Virus record (IMG/VR): IMGVR_UViG_3300033120_000852
Span: 32,685-96,684 of that record
Source: a virus
DNA length: 64,000 bases
Reading direction: 5' to 3' (one strand)
This document shows positions 56,873 to 64,000 of the stretch, piece after piece. Every line of letters starts with the position of its first letter. Position 1 is the stretch's first letter. The notes under the pieces are model-generated. The model was not told the origin of the DNA and searched no databases. It worked only from the letters and a program-made list of their open reading frames with translations. The position numbers were made by a program, and so were the translations under genes.

Positions 56873-59800
56873 ATGACTTGTGATATAACAAAAAATATTA
56901 ATGGTGAATATGTAGTTAAGGCTGATAATGGTCAGCCTTCTATATTATTTAATCATTTAAAAGCTACTTTAGGTAATCAAGAAGAAGCATTAGAAAAATG
57001 GGCTAGTACTAAGACTCCAGAATTTGTAGCTGCTTACCCAAGAGAACAATCATATCTTGATGATAATGGTGAACATTCAATGATGTATATTATACCTCAA
57101 CAAGAATTTTTATATTTTGGTACTAAGGAAAAATCATCTTCTGCAAGAGCAAAAGATAGAGTTAATAGAATGGAACAAGCTGCTGAACATAAAAAAGAAA
57201 TTGATAAACAAGCTAAAATATTAAAAAATACTTTACTTGGATTAATTACTAAATTTAAAGTAGCAGAAGGTTCTAGTTCACGTACTAATAGATATGCTGA
57301 TGTAGCTAAACAAATGACTTCTACTTTAAATTCTAGTCCTGATGCGGTAACTTCTATTTTAAATTTTGCAAGTTCTAGTAAATTTTATCTTAAACAAGCT
57401 AGAGAAATATTAAATAAATTAAAAGATCAAAATGATACAAATTCTAGACTAGAAGCACTTAATGAATTAGGACAGCTATTAATTATTATTAATAATCTTA
57501 AACAATTTAATTACGCCACTGGTTCTTATGAAAAGTCTTTTTTTAAAGTACAAATGGAAGGATTTTTTGATGAATTTGGAATGTTTACTGACAAAAAGAC
57601 TTGGACAGCTATAAACAATTATAATTATGCTCCTGATAAGAATCTTAATATAATTAGAAATTTCTTAACTTCTCAAGTAGATAAATTAATAAATGTTACA
57701 GATGAAGAAAAAAAAGAAGTACTAAAACAATTTGATTCTTTAATTTCTAATAGAGGACATTTGAGTTCAATACTTGATGATGTATTAAAAGAAAAAGATG
57801 CTCTTAATAATAAATTAAAAGTAGAATATTATAATACTTTAACAGAATGGTTATGGCCTTATGTTGAAGAAAATCAATCTAATATTTCTGAAGATAAAAA
57901 AATAAGTAAAAAAACTTTTAATAATTATTTAAAGAAAGCCCAAAAAGATGTAGATACAGGAACTTATTACTTAGGTTCATTATCTACTGTAGATGATCCA
58001 ATAGCACAAGCAATTAGAATAGCTTCTGAACAAGCAAGACAAGATGCTCATAGTAAGACAGTTGATAATATGCAATCATTAGGTAAAGCTAAAACTAGTA
58101 AATATGGTAAAAATCCTGTTGAAATATCTGAATATGATAAATATTTAAAAACTGTAACTAGAGATATTAAAGTTTTAAATGATGATGGTGAATTAGAATG
58201 GCGAACTATAAGTACTAAAGGAATTATAACTCCTTTCTTTACTGAAAAACTTGAAAAAGACATTAAAATTGAAAGAGAAAAACAAATACAATATTATAAT
58301 AAAATAGAAGATGATAAAATAGCGAAACTTCAAGTAGTAATAGTTGAAGATATGACTGATAAAGCCAGAGAAGAAGCTATTGCTAAATTAGAAAAAGCTA
58401 AAGAAGATAAAGATTATAATGTTCGTAAGAATGTTTCTAAAGCAATGAATGCTTTTTATGAAACTAAATATGATGTAGTTAAATATAAACAAGATTTAAT
58501 TAATAGAAAAAAGAAAGAACTAAATAAAGATGATTTTAAACTTTGGTATCAAAATAATGTTTATCAAAGAACTATCACCGCAGAAGAACTTCAATATCAC
58601 AAAAAAAATAAAGGTTCCGTTAGAGTAATACATCCTGAATTAATTTATGATCCTAATTTAGATTTAACCGCAATGTCTTCTTATTATCGAGAAGGAAGAA
58701 AAGATAAAGATGGTAAAGTTATAGAATATACAGTTCACGAAATATATTATGGTGGTGAATTTACAACACCTAAAGAAAAATATATTGATCCTAGATATAA
58801 AGATTTAATAAATGATCAATTTTATTCAGAATTATATAGAGTATATAATGAATCAAATAATAAATTATCACCTCTTCATAAACTTAAACACGGTATAATT
58901 CCTCAAATAGAAAAAACATCTGCTTTTTGGAAAGATGATTTATCTTTAAAAGATAATGCTTCTAGAATGTGGAATAATATGGGGCCAGATATATTTGATG
59001 AAAATGATTATCATGAAATAGAACAAGATGGAGTAATGATTAGAGTATCAAGAATTAATCAAAATGTTGATGGTACAATGATTAAAACTATTCCTATTAA
59101 GTTTGTATCCCTTTTAGAAGATTCTGCAGATTTAGATACAAATCTTATTGAAACTTTTTCTAAATTTTCAGCAGTAACAAATCGTTACTATGAAATGAGT
59201 AAAACAGAAGCATCTGCAAGAGCATTAAAAAATATTATAGTTGGTAATCCTGAATTAGGAATAAATGCTAGAGAAATAATAATGAGAGATGCTACAGGTA
59301 ATAAAGTAGTAACTAAAATTAAAAATGCTACTACTCAATTATTAGGTGATGCTCTTAAAGAAAAAGATAGAAAATTAAATACTTTACTTGTAGATTTTAT
59401 TGATGATGTATGGTATGGTGATATAGAAGAAAAGAAAAGTCTTAATATATTAGGTAAAGAAGTTTCTCTTAATAAACTTAGTAATTTTACTTCTAAATGG
59501 GTATCTATTCAAAGACTTGCTGGTAACTTAGATTCTGCAATTAGTAATTTAGTAATTGGTAAGTTAGCAATTTTTAATGAAGCATTAGCTGGTAAATTTT
59601 ATAATCTTAGTCAATTCTATGAAGCAAGTAAAATTATTAACAAAGAACTTTATGATGGTACAATATTAAAAGATTATATGCAAGAGGATATAAATCAAAA
59701 ATCTTTATATGCTCAAATGATGATTAGACATGACGCTATTCAAGGAGAATTTAGTAATGAATATGGTATAAAAATATCTAAGAAAACTGCTCTTGAAATG

Positions 59801-61015
59801 GGTAAAGATTTTTTATTCTTTAGTCAAAATGGTATGGAATATAGTATTCAGAAACGTTCTATGCTTTGTGTATCTAAGGGATATAAAATAGCTTTACCAA
59901 GTAATTTAATATATGATAAAACCACAGATTCTTTAAGAGAAACTACAGAAGCTGAAAAACAAGCTATAGAACAAGTAAGAGGAGAAATAACTTTAAAATA
60001 TAAAGGATTAATAGATAAACAAAATATTGCTATTCAGGAAGCAACAAATACTAAAACTTTTAATAAAGAAGATGCTAAAAAATTAGCTGCTCAAATTTCT
60101 AAAATGAATAGAGATTTAGAAAATATATCTACAAGATTAGAAGATGAATTATCTAAAACGGCAACAAATTATTTTACAGCACTAGATGCTTATACAAGAG
60201 ATGTTGATTCTGAAGGTAATCCAACTTCTATTAAAGTTAAAGATTTTTTAAAACCTTATTTTACTCCTAAAGAAGAAAATAAACTTAGAAGAAGAATACA
60301 AGAACTTAATAAAAGACAACAAGGTATTTATGCACAATTTGATAAATCACAAGCTCAAAGACATTGGTTAGGTAAACTAGCATTAATGTTTAGAAAATAT
60401 CTTTACTCTGCTTACGAACATAGATTTGGTGATCAAAAAGTTAATTTAGCTTTAGGAGAAGAAACTTATGGTTATCAAAGACAATTTATGAATAAGTTTT
60501 TAAGTGATTTTAAAACTTATGGAACTTGGGCTTTTACTAAACTTATGGATGGATCTGCTTCACCTGCTGAACAATATGCAATTAATAAAACTCTTATTGA
60601 ATATTCTATATGGGCTTCTTTTGTAGTATTGTTTTGGCTTATGCGATCATTAGACGATGATGATGATGAAGATAGTTGGGCATTCTCTAAAACAGCTTAT
60701 ATTGTTAAAAGAACAGAAGATTCATTATCTGAATTTGCTTTACCTTTTGGTATAGGTACTCTTGTAAGAACATTTAAAAATCCAATATCTTCTATTACAT
60801 TAGTGGAACAAATCTACGAAGTGTTTGCTGTTATTTTTAATGATCCATTGCATCTAGGAGGTGTATATGAAAGAGATTCAGGATTAAATCAAAAAGGAGA
60901 TTCTAAATTTTTAGGCAAATTATTTAAAGTATTACCTGTACTTAGACAATATGGTAAATTTATGACTCCAGAAGAACAAATTAAGTTTTATACACAGAAA
61001 AAGACTAACGTTTAA
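56873..61015 (+). CDS. Giant virion cargo protein with C-terminal hydrophobic segments
   Basis: 1380 aa, helical. LALMFRKY and IWASFVVLFWLM near the C-terminus; third of the giant genes. Confidence 0.75.
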   Translation: MTCDITKNINGEYVVKADNGQPSILFNHLKATLGNQEEALEKWASTKTPEFVAAYPREQSYLDDNGEHSMMYIIPQQEFLYFGTKEKSSSARAKDRVNRMEQAAEHKKEIDKQAKILKNTLLGLITKFKVAEGSSSRTNRYADVAKQMTSTLNSSPDAVTSILNFASSSKFYLKQAREILNKLKDQNDTNSRLEALNELGQLLIIINNLKQFNYATGSYEKSFFKVQMEGFFDEFGMFTDKKTWTAINNYNYAPDKNLNIIRNFLTSQVDKLINVTDEEKKEVLKQFDSLISNRGHLSSILDDVLKEKDALNNKLKVEYYNTLTEWLWPYVEENQSNISEDKKISKKTFNNYLKKAQKDVDTGTYYLGSLSTVDDPIAQAIRIASEQARQDAHSKTVDNMQSLGKAKTSKYGKNPVEISEYDKYLKTVTRDIKVLNDDGELEWRTISTKGIITPFFTEKLEKDIKIEREKQIQYYNKIEDDKIAKLQVVIVEDMTDKAREEAIAKLEKAKEDKDYNVRKNVSKAMNAFYETKYDVVKYKQDLINRKKKELNKDDFKLWYQNNVYQRTITAEELQYHKKNKGSVRVIHPELIYDPNLDLTAMSSYYREGRKDKDGKVIEYTVHEIYYGGEFTTPKEKYIDPRYKDLINDQFYSELYRVYNESNNKLSPLHKLKHGIIPQIEKTSAFWKDDLSLKDNASRMWNNMGPDIFDENDYHEIEQDGVMIRVSRINQNVDGTMIKTIPIKFVSLLEDSADLDTNLIETFSKFSAVTNRYYEMSKTEASARALKNIIVGNPELGINAREIIMRDATGNKVVTKIKNATTQLLGDALKEKDRKLNTLLVDFIDDVWYGDIEEKKSLNILGKEVSLNKLSNFTSKWVSIQRLAGNLDSAISNLVIGKLAIFNEALAGKFYNLSQFYEASKIINKELYDGTILKDYMQEDINQKSLYAQMMIRHDAIQGEFSNEYGIKISKKTALEMGKDFLFFSQNGMEYSIQKRSMLCVSKGYKIALPSNLIYDKTTDSLRETTEAEKQAIEQVRGEITLKYKGLIDKQNIAIQEATNTKTFNKEDAKKLAAQISKMNRDLENISTRLEDELSKTATNYFTALDAYTRDVDSEGNPTSIKVKDFLKPYFTPKEENKLRRRIQELNKRQQGIYAQFDKSQAQRHWLGKLALMFRKYLYSAYEHRFGDQKVNLALGEETYGYQRQFMNKFLSDFKTYGTWAFTKLMDGSASPAEQYAINKTLIEYSIWASFVVLFWLMRSLDDDDDEDSWAFSKTAYIVKRTEDSLSEFALPFGIGTLVRTFKNPISSITLVEQIYEVFAVIFNDPLHLGGVYERDSGLNQKGDSKFLGKLFKVLPVLRQYGKFMTPEEQIKFYTQKKTNV

Positions 61016-61018
61016 TTA

Positions 61019-61079
61019 TGCTATAATAGGTCATTTTTCATATTTAAATGACCTATTAATTTTAAATTTATTAATTTTG
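61019..61079 (+). promoter_or_regulatory. Bipartite promoter TGCTATAATA-N43-TAnnTTTG overlapping a hairpin
   Basis: TGCTATAATA at 61019-61028 and TAATTTTG at 61072-61079. Hairpin TAATAGGTCATTT...AAATGACCTATTA at 61024-61058. Confidence 0.65.
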
Positions 61080-61102
61080 TAAAACATATACTTTAGATAA
61101 AA

Positions 61103-63529
61103 ATGTCCTCTAAAATAAAAGGAAAACAAATAGATTCAAACACGATAACTCAAACAAATTTAAATTTGAGTAATCCTTCAGTAAATAAAGATGCTGTAAC
61201 TAAAGCTTTTTTTGATGCTAGAACAATAAACGGTAAGCCTTTATCCTCAAACATTAGTTTAACAAATGTGGATATTCCAGGAGTAACAAATGTTGATAAT
61301 ACTTCAGATATAAATAAACCAATAAGTACAGCACAACAAGCTGAAATAAATAAAAGATTGACTGTTGGAACTTCAACTGATTTTCAAAATTGGTTTAATG
61401 ATGCTTTACCAAGTTTCCATTTAACAGATGCACAACGTCAAGGATTATATATTTATGATTCAACCGATACTACAACTGCAGCTTCAGCAAGAACTTTAGT
61501 AAAAGGATCTAAAAGATTTAAAAAACAATATACTAATTATGTTTCAGTAACAGAATTTGGAGCTAAAGGGGATTATAATCCTACAACTTATATTGGAACT
61601 GACGATACAGCAGCTTTTCAAGCAGCTTTAAATTATGCAACAGATAAAGGTTTAGCTTTACTTATTGATGAAGGAAGTTATTTAATTAGTGATACTCTTA
61701 GACCTAAAAAAGTCAATAATAAAAAAGATTTTAGATTAACTATTGTAGGTAAGGGTAAAGGTGTTTCTAATATATATGGTAAAAGAACAGATAATTCTTT
61801 AGTCGGTAAAAATTTATTAGATTTTGATTTTCAAGTAGGTGATGATCCTGGATGGAATAATTCTGAAATTAAAATTTCTGATTTAACAATACATGCAGGA
61901 TTAGCTGACAGGTGCCTTTATGCAGATAGAGTTATTGACATAGAATTAGATACTTGTACTTTTATTAGAGGAAAATTACAGTGTGTTAAAATAGGTACTG
62001 GTTTAGATGGTAACACATTTGCTGGATATGTACATAATTGTTATTTTAATGGTTCTACAGATAATGGAGGTCAAAATGGTGGGTGCTTAGAAATAAATTG
62101 TGGTTACGCTGAAATTTATAACAATGTATCTGACGGAGGAAAATATAGTTTATCCGGCGGATTTAATCAATATTATATTGCAGGAAACACGTTTGAAGGG
62201 TATAAAAAAGCAGGTATGTATTCTTCTAGTACAGGAGGGGGTGCTAATAAAATTATTGGTAATACATTAAGACCCTATTCTGGTTTTGATCCTAATGCAG
62301 TTTTTGACGGTAATCAAAATGGTATTTGGTTAAATGCAATTACTGGTGGAATGGCATCCAATACAATTATGGGTAATCAAATATTTGTTCCAGACCCTAT
62401 AACTAATGATGTAATAGCTAATATTGCTACAATATCAGGAATAATATCAAGTCCTCACGCTCCACATTATATTACAGGAGGAACTAGTGGAACAGTAGGG
62501 TATGTTGCAGGTATTAATACTGTAGGAAATTATGTTCAACTTGGAATAATTTCAGGGGGACCTTTTCAAGTTGGAGAAACTATTACGCAAGCAACTACAG
62601 GAGGAACTTTTACTATTGCGTCTTTTGTAACTAATACTGGATATGCATTAAATTTAACAGGTAACGCTGGTTATAATACTATAATTGGGAATAGATTGTC
62701 AGGAGGAACTTTTGTAGTAAATTTAGAGAGTCCTGGTAATCTTTTATCTGGAAACTGGATTAGTACAGTTAGAGATGGTATTAGGGTTACAACTTCTGCA
62801 ACAATAGTAGGAAATTATTTTAGTCAATTTGCAGGTAGTGGTTCGTGGGATACTATTACAAGAATAGGTAATAATCCTATTGTATTTGAAAACAACACTT
62901 ATAATGGAAAACTTAATAATGTTGCTCCCCAAAAATTAAGCAATATTACAACTACAAACAGAAATGCTTTAACAAGTGGTCAAAAATATTCAGGATTACT
63001 TTTAAATGATACAACTCTTAATAAACTGACTCACTGGGATGGTACAAATTGGAATATTATACCGATTGAAAGATTTATTAGCGGACCTGCTGGTGTTACA
63101 GATTTAGATACTACAGGAGTTTCTGGGACATTTACATGGGGACCATCAACTCTTAATGCACCAGAAGGTTATGGTACTTTGTTGAATATTGTAGGGGCTA
63201 CTTCCAATGGAGATGCAACAACTACAGGAGGAAGTTATTTAAATCAAATATTATTTGGTACTACCGGAGAAATTTATTGGAGACAAAGAATATATTCTTA
63301 TGGTACATTTACACCTTCTGGTGGAGCAGCATGGAAATTCTGGACTTCAAAACATTTTTCTCCAATTGTAGCTCAAACTAATAGTGCAGCAACTACATCT
63401 ACCGTAGCAGCAGGAGCTGCACCAACTAAAGCAGAATTTGATGCATTAAGAGCAGACTATTTAGCAGTAAAATCAACATTAGATAGTTTACTTACTAAAA
63501 TGAGAACATCTAAAATATTATTAACATAA
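61103..63529 (+). CDS. Tailspike / depolymerase with a pectate-lyase-like beta-helix
   Basis: VSVTEFGAKGD...DDTAAFQAALN helix cap and repeated I-x-GN rungs, followed by knob-like and coiled-coil modules. Confidence 0.85.
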   Translation: MSSKIKGKQIDSNTITQTNLNLSNPSVNKDAVTKAFFDARTINGKPLSSNISLTNVDIPGVTNVDNTSDINKPISTAQQAEINKRLTVGTSTDFQNWFNDALPSFHLTDAQRQGLYIYDSTDTTTAASARTLVKGSKRFKKQYTNYVSVTEFGAKGDYNPTTYIGTDDTAAFQAALNYATDKGLALLIDEGSYLISDTLRPKKVNNKKDFRLTIVGKGKGVSNIYGKRTDNSLVGKNLLDFDFQVGDDPGWNNSEIKISDLTIHAGLADRCLYADRVIDIELDTCTFIRGKLQCVKIGTGLDGNTFAGYVHNCYFNGSTDNGGQNGGCLEINCGYAEIYNNVSDGGKYSLSGGFNQYYIAGNTFEGYKKAGMYSSSTGGGANKIIGNTLRPYSGFDPNAVFDGNQNGIWLNAITGGMASNTIMGNQIFVPDPITNDVIANIATISGIISSPHAPHYITGGTSGTVGYVAGINTVGNYVQLGIISGGPFQVGETITQATTGGTFTIASFVTNTGYALNLTGNAGYNTIIGNRLSGGTFVVNLESPGNLLSGNWISTVRDGIRVTTSATIVGNYFSQFAGSGSWDTITRIGNNPIVFENNTYNGKLNNVAPQKLSNITTTNRNALTSGQKYSGLLLNDTTLNKLTHWDGTNWNIIPIERFISGPAGVTDLDTTGVSGTFTWGPSTLNAPEGYGTLLNIVGATSNGDATTTGGSYLNQILFGTTGEIYWRQRIYSYGTFTPSGGAAWKFWTSKHFSPIVAQTNSAATTSTVAAGAAPTKAEFDALRADYLAVKSTLDSLLTKMRTSKILLT

Positions 63530-63530
63530 T

Positions 63531-64000
63531 ATGTCAGAAAAATATATAGAATTAAAAAGTAAACTTAGAAGACTTCAATGTCAAGTATGTGAATTACAAA
63601 AAGATGCAAGTACAGAAATTGATCCAGTTTTTTCTGCATCACCTGCTTTTGGTATAACTACACCTAATATAAATGCTTGGAATAGTATAGCATCAGGAAA
63701 TTATATAACTACCAACACTTCTCAAACAGGATTAACAGGAGATAAAACAACTAGTGGATTATGGACTTTTACGGCTCCTTTTTCAACTGGACAGGCTACT
63801 TTTGGTAGTCTTGGTCAAGGTGGTAAAATAAACTTTATAAACGGTACTGGTGGCACCACTGCTTTAACATTAGGTCTTACTTCTTCTGTTAATACCGGAG
63901 GTTTGCTTGAAAGTAATAGTGTGGGAGGATTGTATATTAGAAATACAGGCTCTACTGGATTAGTAAGTATTGAATCTACCGGTGCGTCAGGGTACGTAAA
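63531..64000 (+). CDS. Tail fibre protein, runs off the window edge
   Basis: Translated by hand: MSEKYIELKSKLRRLQCQVCELQKDASTEIDPVFSASPAFGITTPNINAWN..., G/T/S-rich. Not in the ORF track. Confidence 0.7.
   Translation, partial: MSEKYIELKSKLRRLQCQVCELQKDASTEIDPVFSASPAFGITTPNINAWNSIASGNYITTNTSQTGLTGDKTTSGLWTFTAPFSTGQATFGSLGQGGKINFINGTGGTTALTLGLTSSVNTGGLLESNSVGGLYIRNTGSTGLVSIESTGASGYV

Noticed and set aside
7396..62932. Antisense and alternate-frame ORFs in the track (e.g. 7396..7683, 13619..13936, 13674..13940, 15778..16005, 16747..17097, 19410..20472, 23854..24087, 28194..28448, 30657..30878, 36873..37576, 44167..44382, 53236..53532, 58048..58263, 62744..62932)
   Set aside because: They lie wholly or almost wholly over well-supported plus-strand genes and show no motifs. 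They look like shadow ORFs produced by codon bias.
8164..63529. Stop-codon reassignment, known in some crAss-like lineages
   Set aside because: All long genes are open and tightly packed in the standard code, and no suppressor tRNA was seen in the window.
1..64000. CRISPR array, tRNA genes, integrase, reverse transcriptase or DGR
   Set aside because: I saw no regularly spaced repeat-spacer units, cloverleaf sequences or the relevant protein motifs. The 31-bp repeat has only two copies 219 bp apart. This was checked by eye only.

Overview
This is a 64 kb, very AT-rich segment of a crAss-like (Crassvirales-type) phage genome in the standard genetic code. Repeated TAnnTTTG promoter boxes point to a Bacteroidota host. 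Bases 1-2343 hold a minus-strand array of small, probably early genes. Two of its gene boundaries carry apparent self-cleaving ribozymes of different classes: a pistol (about 304-378) and a type II hammerhead (1136-1195). After a G-rich strand-switch element (about 2432-2492) the coding strand is plus throughout. The order is: small ORFs, HNH and GIY-YIG endonucleases, a GH24 lysozyme, the large terminase with a class 3 intein, portal, major capsid protein, Cys-rich tail proteins, a metallophosphoesterase cassette, tail ring and muzzle proteins, a block of virion cargo proteins including a 2683-aa virion RNA polymerase (GADYDIDK), a beta-helix tailspike and the start of a tail fibre. The most notable signals are (1) the two ribozymes, (2) three giant, nearly Cys-free cargo proteins with Cys at facing C- and N-termini, and (3) a motif TGCTATAATA-N43-TAnnTTTG with identical spacing at three structural-gene promoters. 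All calls come from reading motifs and gene order by eye; no searches were run.
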